A stretch of 64,000 nucleotides of DNA from Octopus vulgaris (taxonomy: Eukaryota): positions 77,624,001-77,688,000 of the forward strand of contig OX597824.1 of NCBI GenBank assembly GCA_951406725.2, given 5' to 3'. Shown piece after piece: positions 13,552-26,622 of the stretch. The translations under genes were made by a program, and so were the position numbers. Each line of letters starts with the position of its first letter. Position 1 is the stretch's first letter. The notes beneath the pieces were generated by a model that had not been told where the DNA came from, ran no database searches, and saw nothing but the letters and a program-made list of their open reading frames with translations.

Positions 13552-13674
13552 GAATATATTTTATTCTTAACTGACGAAAGCATTTTAAATTTCAGTAGGC
13601 GAGCGATCTATTTGCCTCTGAGCGACAACAATGTCAGCTGATTTGTATTTATGGCTAAGTTTTCGGATTACAGT

Positions 13675-13900
13675 GGAGGCGCGTGGCTTAATGGTTAGGG
13701 TGTCAACATTATGATCGTAAGATTGTGATTTCGATTCCTGGACCGGGCGACGGGTTTTGTTCTTGAGGAAAACACTTCATTTGACGTTGCTACAGTTCAT
13801 TCAGATGGCAAAAATGAGTAACGTCCAGCTGGGGAACACATGCGCCATAGAAACCAGGAAACCGTGTCCATGAGCCTGGCTAGGCTTTAAAAGGGCGCAT
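13675..13900 (+). mobile_element. tRNA-derived SINE, family C
   Basis: A box TGGCTTAATGG, B box TTTCGATTCC; related copy at 21905-22116 (-). Confidence 0.75.
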
Positions 13901-14893
13901 TTATTTTATTTCTCGGATTACAAGTTGCTGCTGCGTTTATGTGCAAGTAATGCTCTTTCGCACTACCACTTGTATCTTAGCTATAGGTTCAGATTTTGCC
14001 GAACAATGCCTTGAGATTGAATTGAGTAGGTGAAAACTCTGTGGGAATCTGTTGTCTATATAGACATAAATGCCTGCGCTTGTGTTTTGTCTCTCTCCAA
14101 CACTATTTGGCAGTCGGTGTTGGTTTATTTGCGTTACCGCAACTGAACATTTCAGCATAAGAGACCGGTAGAGTAAACACTATGAAGCGACTCCGAGTAC
14201 TGCTGACTATTTTGAGTTTCCAGATAACAGTGCCGGTACTTCGAGGAAATAATAAAGTAATTGTTCATTCAAAGAATATAGCTCTCAGCAAATTAGATTA
14301 GATTGCAACCAGCAGCATGAACACACAAAGTTTTCAAGCATGAACGCAACCTCACATACACACAACATATGTTCGTACTCAACTGACAAAGAACAACTTG
14401 TATGAGTGCTCTGAACAGACAACACTGACAATATGGTACAACCGGATAGCTCTTTTCGCTGTAGATACATGAATTCTTTTTATTTTCTTTTTTTTTTATT
14501 CTTTTGTGGTGGATACATTTCATCGAAGACATTCCCAAACTTTATGGTTTCCATTTCTGATATTTATGTAATATAAACCAAAGTTTGTAATTGCTATTTT
14601 TTCTTTTTTAATACGAATTCCAAACAATACAACCATACACCAATGCTACAGAAGCCTTGCATTCTTCAAGCTTTTGCAAAAATGTGGAATAACGTAACGC
14701 TAAGAATATCTTGACTCCACTTTAGTCAATGACCCTGAATGTCAATGGAAAATGTACTTCATGTCATGGAACTCTACTTTACAGCCTGGTTCTAAGAAAC
14801 GTAACACTTTCGTAATGGTATGAATGCTTATATGTGTTAGAAGAGCAAATGACTTCATTTGTTATTATAGTCTCAGTCTCTTTCTCTATTCTC

Positions 14894-14968
<75 letters not shown>

Positions 14969-15109
14969 CTCTCACTCTAATCTATGTATCTGTCTGTGTA
15001 TCTGTCTCTCTATCTATCTATACCTATGTGTCAAAATGTGACCTCGTGTGTACCGTTGGCGATTTTCTTTTCCTCTGTCTTCCCTTCTCTGGATCTTTCC
15101 TTCTCCTAT

Positions 15110-15144
15110 GTTTCCGACGAAGAGCTCCGCTCGAAACGTTAAAC
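15110..15144 (+). ncRNA. Minimal type-I hammerhead candidate (CCGACGA core variant)
   Basis: gttt CCGACGA a gagc-tcc-gctc GAAA cg TT aaac; palindromic AACGTT stem III. Confidence 0.65.
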
Positions 15145-15346
15145 CCTCCCTCCTTCTTTCCTTCTTTCCTGAGCGTCCAATAATACTATATTTGTTCCAC
15201 GTCCTCGCGTTGTTGTGTTTTTGGTGCTTTCTTGTTTGGATTAACTGTATATATATATATATATATATATAAACATACATATATATAAACACATATACAT
15301 ACGTATACATATATATACATATACAAACATGCATACATATATACAT

Positions 15347-15381
<35 letters not shown>

Positions 15382-15460
15382 GCATACATACATATGCATA
15401 TATATACATAACACACATACATATATATGCATACATACACATACATATATATGCATACAT

Positions 15461-15506
<46 letters not shown>

Positions 15507-16005
15507 ATATAATTATGTGTGCGTGTTCCCTTTCGGGGATTCACCATGAATGATTTCCTTCATGATGAATCACCAAATGGGACGAAAGCGCTAAATAAAT
15601 AGCTTTTATCCAAATCTTGACTACCCACTGTTTCTTTATGTACAGACACACGCACACATACACACATATTTATGTGTGTGTGTGTTTGTATATATGTATG
15701 TGTGTGTGTATGTGAGTGTGTGTGTGTGCGTGTCTGTGTGTGTGTGTGTGCGGATCAAATCAATTTGATTCTCCATTGCAGACTGTTTGTCGTTCGTGAA
15801 TGGCGCTCAACAGAGTCTGGAGCAATTGTACGAGTGAATGTACGAACGAAAGCAGTGCTCTCAACCTATTTATTGGGAGCTATATCTATGGATTCACGAA
15901 CGTCTGACCAACAGTCTGCATTGGAGAACCAAACTGTTTTGATCCATACATTTAATTCCCAGTAAATTGGTTGAGTGCCCTTCTTTCATTTGTCCACTCA
16001 CTCGT

Positions 16006-16092
<87 letters not shown>

Positions 16093-16096
<4 letters not shown>

Positions 16097-16365
16097 CGTG
16101 ATCACCGTGACGGACCAGGCTATCATGTTGCTACACATCGCTGGTCACAATGCGCTTTGCATTGTTTTAGCCTTCAAAGCGTGCAGACCAACAGAAGAAA
16201 GAGTGAGAGAAAGTTGTGGCGAAAGAGTACAGCAGGGATCGCCACCACCCCCTACCGGAGCCCCGTGGAGCTTTAGGTGTTTTTGCTCAACAAACACTCA
16301 CAACGCCCGGTCTGGGAATCGAAACCGCGAGTCCGCTGCCCTAACCACTGGGCCATTGCGCCTCC
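16093..16365 (-). mobile_element. tRNA-derived SINE family A with RTE-type tail
   Basis: Head ggaggcgcaatggcccagtggttagggcagcggactcgcgg; tail matches RTE 3'UTR at 10808. Confidence 0.88.
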
Positions 16366-16377
16366 ACACCCACACAT

Positions 16378-16467
<90 letters not shown>

Positions 16468-17159
16468 AGGTGATACAAAAATGGGACAACAAAACTTCCC
16501 GATAGACTATAGGAAGAAAACAAGGAAGGGACATTCGGAGTTTTCTTTTCTCAGTCGAGTTTCGGATTATCTTTGCAATTTCGGCTGGTTATACTCAAGA
16601 TTGCTTCAATTTGGCCAACTGCAAATAAAAACTAAGCTAAGAGCATTAGATTACTTGGAAGAAAGCAGCGAATGTATACGAAAACAAGGGCGCAAAAAAA
16701 AAACGGAGAATGTTACACAAATAAAAATAACAGATCATAACAACAGTTGTCTTTCGACTATGGACGGATTAAATTAAGCTGGCGTGTGTAGAAATAAAGC
16801 CTAACACCGGGGATACAAGATTTCACAGGCACAGGGAGGAATATGTATGCTGCACTGTACGGACGGCGACCGAACCAAGAAAGAAAGGACAGGCTTGGCC
16901 GAACACCGGTCACGTGGGGAGCGGTAGAGACAGAAGGACAGAAGAATTAAGGAGGGGCGAGAAAAATGACAGGGATACAGTGAAGTTAAAAGAGGAGGGA
17001 AATGAGCATGAAGAGAAGGGGAACGTGAGAGAGGGGGAACGAAAGAAGGAACTAAGTAAGCGTGAAAGCGCTGATAGAACGAAAGAAAGAGAGAAAGAAT
17101 TGAGTCGTACAAGATTTAGATAAATATAAATTTACGTATAAGAGACCCAAGTATGTACG

Positions 17160-17356
17160 GCGCATTGTTTTAGCCTTCAAATAACGCCACCCCGCTGGCT
17201 AAGGGTGCAGGCCAACAGAAGAAAGAGTGAGAGAAAGTTGTGGTGAAAGAGTACAGCCTCGTGGAGCTTTTAGGTGTTTTCGCTCAATAAACACTCACAA
17301 CGCCCGATCCTACGACCGCGAGTCCGCTGCCCTAACCACTAGGCCATTGCGCCTCC
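17160..17356 (-). mobile_element. SINE family A, internally deleted
   Basis: Same head and body blocks as 56881-57183. Confidence 0.8.
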
Positions 17357-17489
17357 ACATATATGTATATAAAAATACAAAATATATAAGCATTTGTCGT
17401 CACTCGTAGATGTTTACCTTACAATAAAGCGTACAAATAAAGTATTGAGTACAAATAAGGCATAAAATAGTTATAGTAGATAAATATCT

Positions 17490-17580
17490 TCTCCTACAGC
17501 TGTTTCTGGAATACCTGACCATGTGTACTATGTCACTATGTAACGAATTCACGTAATCCAAGTATCCCGTCATCGGAAAA
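17490..17580 (-). ncRNA. Hammerhead candidate with long stem II (CCGATGA variant)
   Basis: Minus: CCGATGA c gggatacttg...caggtattcc a GAAA cagctg TA ggag; palindrome ACAGCTGT; stem I weak. Confidence 0.55.
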
Positions 17581-17871
17581 ATCGAAGTAAATAGTGTAGA
17601 AAGACAGATTCTTAATTGAGGATATTAGTAGTAGTAGAATGTGTTCAGTCGATCATGGTGAATCCTGTACGTATTACGGTCGAGTTCTGATTTTATCGAT
17701 GTTATTTTGTCGAACCGCTACTTTATACGATACAGAAAGATACAATAAAGCAACGACGCTGTTTATACTGACAATAGCATAAATATACAACACCAATCAC
17801 ACACACATACAGACACACACACATTGGCACATGCTGTACATGTAGCAATGTGCATATATATGTGTGGGTGT

Positions 17872-17903
<32 letters not shown>

Positions 17904-18388
17904 AACTGCGCACACGTGCGATGTGTGTATGCGTGTGTATGTATGAGCGTGTGTTTGCGTGTGCGTGTACGTTTCTGTGTGTTGCCTACGGATATGGCTA
18001 TAGTGATGGCGAATGAGAATATTATTTGTAATCTGCCGTGTTTCTATGTTAAGACAAAAGCAACACGTATTTTTTCTGATGTAGGAGAGTGAGACAGACA
18101 AACAGTAGGATGAGAAACATAGAGAGAAAGACGAGAGAAAGATAGTTAGACAGACATGGAGACAAGCAGACGGAGGCAGAGACAGAGATTAAACGAATCA
18201 AGTGTATATAGTGTTAGGTAATGGAGAAGCAAACGGTGTGTTGGGGTGATACAGCTAATATAGTTGAAGACGGGAAAAGTGGTTACATCGCCTGCGGGAT
18301 TCGAACGTTGAGAGAAAGCGAAAGAGAGAATGAGAAAGACAGAGAGAAAATAGAAAAGATAAAGAAAGAGAAAAGAGGGAGAGAGCGC

Positions 18389-18445
<57 letters not shown>

Positions 18446-18457
18446 CATACATATATA

Positions 18458-18495
<38 letters not shown>

Positions 18496-18716
18496 CATAT
18501 ATATATGTATATATATATATATATATAATATATATGTATATATATATATATGTAATATATGTTATATATGTATATATACATATATATATACATATATATT
18601 TGTTTATATATGTATATATATATATATGTATATATAAATATATATATGTTTATATATGTATATATATGTATATATAAATATATATATGTTTATATATGTA
18701 TATATATGTACATATG

Positions 18717-18777
<61 letters not shown>

Positions 18778-18782
18778 TAGAC

Positions 18783-18817
<35 letters not shown>

Positions 18818-19119
18818 GAGGGAGTGAGGGAGTGAGAGAGTGAGTGAGTGAGAAAGTGAGTGGGAGCGAGTGAGATGGGATGGATTTATGGGGGTGGACG
18901 AGAAAGAATGAAGGTAAGACAGAATAAGAGAATGGGTGGAAGAAAACGAAATGGTAAAACGTGTGGTAGGTTAAAAGGGAAAGAAAAGCAGAGGAAATAT
19001 AGAGAGCGATGAAGGAAATGAAAGAGTAGGAGGAAAACAAGCTGCGGAAGGGTAGGAGTGGGAAGAAAATAGAAGTAGCATTAGATGTAGAGTGGGTTAT
19101 GAAGGATGGATGGATTGAT

Positions 19120-19128
19120 TGATGGATG

Positions 19129-19191
<63 letters not shown>

Positions 19192-19223
19192 TGATGGACA
19201 GACAGACAGACAGATACATAGAT

Positions 19224-19258
<35 letters not shown>

Positions 19259-19261
19259 TAC

Positions 19262-19310
<49 letters not shown>

Positions 19311-19342
19311 TACACAGACAGACAGGCAGACAGTTAGGTAAG

Positions 19343-19394
<52 letters not shown>

Positions 19395-19410
19395 CAGATA
19401 GATAGACAGA
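19120..19410. repeat. (GATA)n/(GACA)n microsatellites
   Basis: Direct reading. Confidence 0.95.
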
Positions 19411-19609
19411 TACTGAGAGAGAAGGAGGAAGGAATAGGGAGAGAGAGAAAGCGACTATATTTGAGAATGGAAGTTAAAGTGATTAAAATATACATGGCGA
19501 AAGACAAAGAGAGAGACAAAGAGAGAGAGAGAGAGACTGAATGAAAAAGAAAAAGCTAAGAATTGGGAAAAAATGAACGAGTTTGCATGTATACATACAT
19601 ACATACATA

Positions 19610-19770
19610 CAGGAGTGGCTGTGTGGTAAGTAGCTTGCTAACCAACCACATAGTTCCGGGTTCAGTCCCACTGCGTGGCATCTTGGGCAAGTGCCTTCTG
19701 CTACAGCTCCGGGCCGACCAATGCCTTGTGAGTGGATTTGGTAGACGGAAACTGAAAGAAGCCTGTCGTA

Positions 19771-19827
<57 letters not shown>

Positions 19828-20036
19828 ATGTGTGTGTGTTTGTCCCCCCAACATCGCTTGACAATCGATGCTGTGTTTACGTCCCTGTAACTTAGCGGTT
19901 CGGCAAAAGAGACCGATAGAATAAGTACTGGGCTTACAAAGAATAAGTCCCGGGGTTGATTTGCTCGACTAAAGGCGGTGCTCCAGCATGGCCGCAGTCA
20001 AATGACTGAAACAAGTAAAAGAGTAAAGAGTAAGAG
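19610..20036 (+). mobile_element. SINE family B (tRNA-like head, internal TA/TG microsatellite, tail ccagcatggccgcagtcaaatgactgaaacaagtaaaaga)
   Basis: More than 12 similar copies in the window; A-box-like TGGCTGTGTGG, B-box-like GGTTCAGTCCC. Confidence 0.88.
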
Positions 20037-20250
20037 TATACATACATACATACATACATACATACATACACATAAATATATGCATAGGGAATGATGAAGA
20101 AAGGGAGATAGAGAGAGTGGGAGAGAAAGGCAGACACAAAGTGTAACAGAAGAGGCATATATAGCAATGAGAATGAGTAAGCACTTCATTAAATGAGAGC
20201 GAATTGAAGATTGGAAGTATGGGTGAGATAGAGAGACAGACAGATAGATT

Positions 20251-20335
<85 letters not shown>

Positions 20336-20491
20336 TTTCTTTATTAGCCACACAGGGCTGCACACAGACAGGACAAATTACAAGGTAGAGCTTTTCTTTT
20401 GGGGGTAAAAAAAGGGGGTTTGGTTTTCGATCAAAAGGGATCGTAAAGGGAAAGAAAGAGGACAAAAAAAGGGGGGAATAAAATTTAAAAA

Positions 20492-20495
<4 letters not shown>
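20336..20495 (-). mobile_element. 3'UTR fragment of Tx1/L1-like LINE inserted in (GATA)n
   Basis: Matches 21550-21711 (aaagaaaagctctaccttgtaa..ctgtgtgcagccctgtgtgg..aataaagaaa); GATA repeats on both sides. Confidence 0.7.
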
Positions 20496-20525
<30 letters not shown>

Positions 20526-20549
20526 GGAGAGATAGATAGATAGATGGAG

Positions 20550-20624
<75 letters not shown>

Positions 20625-20665
20625 AAGATAGACATACAGATATAGATAGATAGAAAGAAAAACAT

Positions 20666-20721
<56 letters not shown>

Positions 20722-21184
20722 GAAGAAGGAGGACATGTAGGAAGGCATATTATGTGTGTCGTTGAGTGTGGAATGTTATTAAATTAGCTAATTATTAATT
20801 TTTAATTTCGTTGAATTAATAATGAAACGTTGAAAACAATTAACAACTGTAGCTCTTTAGTTTGTGAAGACAGAGAGAGAGAGAAAGAGAGAGAGTACGA
20901 GGGAGAGTACGAGGGAGAGAGTACGTGTGTGTGTCTGTGTGAGAGATAGAGAGATAGAGAGAGAGATAGAGAGAGACCGAAAGGGAATACCGGATTATTT
21001 ATTCCTGGAACGGACATTTATGTCAGTCAAGAATCTTGCGATAAATATTTGTTAAAAATAATTTTAATACGTTTCATTTTCGTGTTCGGTTGCAAGATTT
21101 TTGTATCTGTGTTAACTCAATTATCGTCGTACTCTCTGAGCGTCATCGATGCCAAAAAGATGCACACTCCAGTTGCAGTTCATT

Positions 21185-21711
21185 TTTAGCAAGGATGGCA
21201 CGTATGAATGACGAAGCCACCCTGAGCATAATCCTATGAACCCAGAAATTGAAAACAGAGGGTTACCCACTTGCAAACAAATGTGGTAACATATAACAAT
21301 ATTGACCAACGTTACCATGGTCTTTTTCGTAGGTTTTTCTTCCCACGGATAAACCTTACTTGCTTTCCCCTTTACACCATATATCATAACACTGTGATAC
21401 ACGATCCCTATTGATCCTTGTTTTTCCTCTTCCCCTTTTTTTCCCCTTTTTTCTTCTTTTTTCATTTCTCTTTTCTTTTGTTTCTTTTCCTTTTCTTTTT
21501 TATTTTTATTTTATTTATTTTTTTAAATTTTTAATTTTAATTTTTTTTTTTGTTCTTTTCTTCCCTTTTACGATCCCTCTTGATCGAAAACTTACGCCAC
21601 CCTCCTTTTTTCTTGTTTCTTTTGTTTTTTTGTTTTTTTCATCCCCCAAAAGAAAAGCTCTACCTTGTAACTTGTCCCATCTGTGTGCAGCCCTGTGTGG
21701 CCAATAAAGAA
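21185..21711 (+). mobile_element. 3' end of putative Tx1/L1-like LINE (ORF tail ARMARMNDEATLSIIL* plus T-rich 3'UTR)
   Basis: Short ORF end, pyrimidine-rich UTR, AATAAA terminus; second copy at 20336; clade assignment is inference. Confidence 0.55.
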
Positions 21712-21904
21712 ACTTAATTATCGATTAAACAACTAGTCAATTAATTTGCTCTTTTCTCTAGCACGAAAATACATAAGAGTGGTTACCTGATTTCCACAGC
21801 TTATAAATAGCACAATCCCCAACATTCCCCAGAACGGAGTGTTGCAGAATTTAAGGCGAGTAATTTTGAGGGGATTTAAGGCGAGTAATTTATGCTAACT
21901 CATA

Positions 21905-22116
21905 AGGGCCGGTTTCCCGGATCCCATGCCGCATGAATTCCCTACCAGGAGAGGACAGCGGCCTGTCGCAGGATTACTCATTCTTTGCCAGCTGAGTGGA
22001 CTGGAGCAACGTGAAATGGAGTGTTTTGCTCAAAAGCACAATGCATCGCCGGTGCAGGAATCGAAACCACAATCTTACGATCATGAGTCCAACACCCTAA
22101 CCACTAAGCCACGCGA
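21905..22116 (-). mobile_element. tRNA-derived SINE, family C
   Basis: Reverse complement of the 13675-type head. Confidence 0.72.
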
Positions 22117-22484
22117 TTCAACAGTTCTGAGGGGAGGGTGCAGTCGATTACATTGACTGATATTGTATTTTATTGAGGCCGAAGGGATAAAAGGTGAAGC
22201 TGACGCTGGTGATATTTGAACTCAGAACGTAAAGAGCCGAGATAAATGTCTCTTCGCAGTTTTCTATCAAATTAACCAATCTGCCACCTTTAAGTAATTA
22301 TGTTAAGGATAATCAAGTAGAAGGGATCTACAACCAGTACATATGCTTTCGTTTGCCGAATGACCCTCCCAGAATAAAATTGTTAGTTAGAGAATCGAGA
22401 AGTGAATAAAATGTGGACATATCAACCTTGGCACTTAAAATATTTAAACAAATTATTTTATTCTTTTACTCTTCTACTGGTTTC

Positions 22485-22915
22485 ATATTTCTTTATTGCC
22501 CACAAGGGGCTACACACAGAGGGGGAAAACAAGGACAGACAAACGGATTAAGTCGATTATATCGACCCCAGTGCATAAATGTTACTTATTTAATCGACCT
22601 AGAGATTATGAAAGGCAAAGTCGACCTCGGTGGAATTTGAACACAGAAAGTAGCGGCAGACGAAATATCGCTATTTCGCCCGGCGTGCTAACGTTTCTGC
22701 CAGCTCGCCGCCTTATAACTAACTCTTACTTGTTTCAGTCATTTCACTGCGGCCATGTTGGAGCACCACGTTTAGTCGAGCAAATCGACCCCAGGACTTA
22801 TTCTTTGTAAGCCTAGTACTTATTCTATCGTTCTCGTTTGCCGAACCGCTATGTTACTTTGACGTAAACACACCAGCATCGGTTGTCGAGTGACGTTGGG
22901 GGCAAACACAGACAT
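22485..22915 (-). mobile_element. SINE family O (22485-22712) abutting 3' half of SINE family B (22724-22915)
   Basis: Similarity to other copies in the window. Confidence 0.8.
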
Positions 22916-22934
22916 ACAAATATATACGCACACA

Positions 22935-22986
<52 letters not shown>

Positions 22987-23165
22987 CATATAAACACATA
23001 CATACTTTCTTATATACACGCACGCACACCTTCGTTTTGGGATCACCACTATTATCTCCCCTTTTTCCTACCTCTCCTATGCGAACACTCTGTCCGGTAT
23101 TTGCCATGATAGATCGCTAGCCACTATGCATTCTTTATTTTCTCTCCTTGTTTCTTTCTGTGTTC

Positions 23166-23201
23166 CTTTCTGTGGAAGAGAGTAGGCTCGAAACGTTAAA
23201 G
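23166..23201 (+). ncRNA. Hammerhead-like motif with CTGTnGA core (also 32564-32598, 36069-36104)
   Basis: cttt CTGTGGA a gag.-gtag-gctc GAAA cg TT aaag; topology intact but the normally invariant A6 is T. Confidence 0.5.
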
Positions 23202-23387
23202 ACTTTTTCACTCCGCGAGCGTTAAACTAATACATCTCACATCAATATAACAATGTTAACAATTAGATACTGGAGTGTAATACTGGAATAAGCAGACGTG
23301 CTTCAAGAGATCACGGCTTAGATTTTGCCCCACCTACATACATGCTTGCATACATACATACATATATGCAATACATACATACATACA

Positions 23388-23426
<39 letters not shown>

Positions 23427-23872
23427 GTCAGAAATAATTCAGATTCAGTTGAATCTTTATATACACATGTATATACATATATTTTTTCTTGTTCGTATAT
23501 ATGTGTATGCCATATTTTTATACTGTTATATTTGTTTATATCATTACATACTTTAAGACTTTTCTTAATTGTTAAAATATGCTATATACTAATATTTTAA
23601 AATAAGCTTATCTGTTACAGAACCATTTATCTTGTTTTCTTTGTTTTTTATCCTTTCTTTTCAATCACTAGGCAATGTGTACCTCCTTCCTTGATATATC
23701 ATGAATATAAGTTAGGCTCATTGTTTGAATGGCTTATCATGACCACCTGTATTTTCTACTAGGATGAATTATTACGAAGTTCTTTTGTTATATATAAGTA
23801 ATCTTCCTGTTTAGTGCTTAAATTTGTCTATTTACCTTATTATCTTATCTGGTCCTTATATCACTTCCTATA

Positions 23873-24268
23873 TCTTTATATATAAAAGTGAGGTTGTGTG
23901 CTGTCTGTCTCCTACGATTTAGATTCCTAACTACTCCCACATTTTGCGGTGCAGTTTAACCAAAACCGGGTATCTTATAGTCGTGATTCATATCGAGCCC
24001 TTCTGGGTATTAGCGCGCGTCTACGATGAGTCTACGATTTAAAAAAAAATTACCATAAATTTTTCCCATTTTTAATGCATTTTTGGCATATATAAGGGAA
24101 GTAACTCTCTAAAAATTTATTATTAAATCTCAAAGTGTAATCTACAGTAACACGCCCCCCCCCTTTGTGGTTAGCCATATTGAGATGGCCATTATACTTT
24201 ACATCTCTAAAAATGCTTATATAGTTATTTCCCTTACAAAACCGAGCAACGCCGGGCGATACTGCTAG
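23873..24268 (+). mobile_element. Non-autonomous Helitron, subfamily 2
   Basis: a|TC...ccgagcaacgccgggcgatactg CTAG|t; matches 59674-60071. Confidence 0.85.
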
Positions 24269-24980
24269 TACTAAATATAATAATACATAGATTTTGCTTT
24301 ACTTTGATTATATCTATTTTTTTCCCTTCAATACTCCTAATGCCCATGTAGAACTCATTGTAGCGTCCTATATTTTCTACCGTACGCCGCTTTATCTGAT
24401 AATAATAAAAAGAGTTTATGCCACCACCACCCTACCTTTTTTTCTGGACATTTTCCACTATCTAAATAACTTCCTCTGAGAATTTATTTTTGTGTGTGTG
24501 TAATTGGTCAAGTGAATCTACAGCCATAGAGAATTAGGGCTTGAGAGAATATTAAATGATATAAATTTATGACCAGCAACTAGAATTTAACTGTCAACTC
24601 CTAGTGTCGTAATACTAGCTGCATTAAGTCTTTTGATGATGATAAGAAGGTAGATAAAAATTGTAGCTAAATTCCCAATCTCACGGCCCCGCTCTGTTTC
24701 CACTTCTGCCATTCCAAAATTATAGTAGTTTCTCTTTAAGCTTATTCTGCCATATTAGTAGCAGCATGGAATTCTTTCCTTCTCTAACTCTGATGAAATA
24801 TTTGCTAAAAATTACAATAGAATATCCGGGCTGTTGAAAATGTGTATTTTGCAACTGAAGATAGCGCTGTATTTCAAATTGATGTAATGCTTGCATTAAC
24901 ACCTTGACATCCTTGTTACTTATTTGTTTTATATACATTATATACATACATACAGATATATATATATATACATACATATA

Positions 24981-25064
<84 letters not shown>

Positions 25065-25066
<2 letters not shown>

Positions 25067-26560
25067 CAAATTATTACATTATATAAAAGGGCTTAGTAAA
25101 ATAAATTACTTTGCCACATACTGAACTCATTAGAAATAGTAGCTAAAAAAAACTTTTTTAGAACTATTTCTAATACTTAAAGAAAATCTCTCTCAAATAG
25201 TGTTTGCTCAATTCAACTCACGAAAGTATGGGGGTAAAGACATTAAAAAATCAAATGCAAAGGTTATTTGAGAACGTACGTTTCAAGATTAGTCAACTCG
25301 ACATTTCTATCATCAGCTCAGAACTCCTTGGTTTGGATTTGAAAACACTGAAAGTGGGAGCATACCCTTTCGGCTTCTTATCGCTTCTGAAGATCTGCTC
25401 GAAACTAACAGTGCCAGCAAACCCAAAAAAATGCAAGCGAAGAATTTCTGCTCTCCCCTTTCCACCAGCGTGGGTTAAAATCAGTAAACATTATGCTTTT
25501 TCGGTAAAATCCGAAGCATTTAAATAGAGAGAGATGAATTATAATTTCAATTTTTTTTGGGTTTGCTGGCACTGTTAGTTTCGAGCAGATCTTCAGAAGC
25601 GATAAGAAGCCGAAAGGGTATGCTCCCACTTTCAGTGTTTTCAAATCCAAACCAAGGAGTTCTGAGCTGATGATAGAAATGTCGAGTTGACTAATCTTGA
25701 AACGTACGTTCTCAAATAACATTTGCATTTGATTTTTTAATGTCTTTACCCCCATACTTTCGTGAGTTGAATTGAGCAAACACTATTTGAGAGAGATTTT
25801 CTTTAAGTATTAGAAATAGTTCTAAAAAAGTTTTTTTTAGCTACTATTTCTAATGAGTTCAGTATGTGGCAAAGTAATTTATTTTACTAAGCCCTTTTAT
25901 ATAATGTAATAATTTGAATTCGCCTTAAATGGTCCCTTTACATACTGAATACTTGGTGAAATTGATTAATAATTAATTAATTTTACCCTCAATTGTTGAA
26001 ATTATAATTCATCTCTCTCTATTTAAATGCTTCGGATTTTACCGAAAAAGCATAGTGTTTACTGATTTTAACCCACGCTGGTGGAAAGGGGAGAGCAGAA
26101 ATTCTTCGCTTGCATTTTTTTGGGTTTGCTGGCACTGTTAGTTTCGAGCAGATCTTCAGAAGCGATAAGAAGCCGAAAGATTATGCTCCCACTTTCAGTG
26201 TTTTCAAATCCAAACCAAGGAGTTCTGAGCTGATGATAGAAATGTCGAGTTGACTAATCTTGAAACGTACGTTCTCAAATAACCTTTGCATTTGATTTTT
26301 TAATGTCTTTACCCCCATACTTTCGTGAGTTGAATTGAGCAAACACTATTTGAGAGAGATTTTCTTTAAGTATTAGAAATAGTTCTAAAAAAGTTTTTTT
26401 AGCTACTATTTCTAATGAGTTCAGTATGTGGCAAAGTAATTTATTTTACTAAGCCCTTTTATATAATGTAATAATTTTAATTCGCCTTAAATGGTCCCTT
26501 TACATACTGAATACTTGGTGAAATTGATTAATAATTAATTAATTTTACCCTCAATTGTTG

Positions 26561-26563
<3 letters not shown>
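25065..26563. mobile_element. HHR-bearing 563-bp repeat: inverted copy (25065-25550, -) head-to-head with 1.8 tandem units (25551-26563, +), (TA)n on both sides
   Basis: Near-perfect inverted and direct repeats; HHR cores at 25667 and 26230 (+) and within 25269-25320 (-). Confidence 0.9.
25663..25714 (+). ncRNA. Type-I hammerhead ribozyme (copies at 26226-26277 +, 25269-25320 -, 35179-35230 +)
   Basis: tgag CTGATGA t aga-aat-gtc gagtt gac-taa-tct t GAAA cgtacg TT ctca; stem I tgag/ctca, palindrome AACGTACGTT; stem II imperfect. Confidence 0.75.
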
Positions 26564-26621
<58 letters not shown>

Positions 26622-26622
26622 C

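Noticed and set aside
14290-14820. Possible upstream continuation of the Helitron helicase
   Set aside because: Similarity too weak to support by eye
25204-25779. Repeated ORF MLNSTHESMGVK... (three copies)
   Set aside because: Non-ATG start, antisense to the ribozyme strand, variable C-termini, no recognisable domain; recurrence just reflects the repeat
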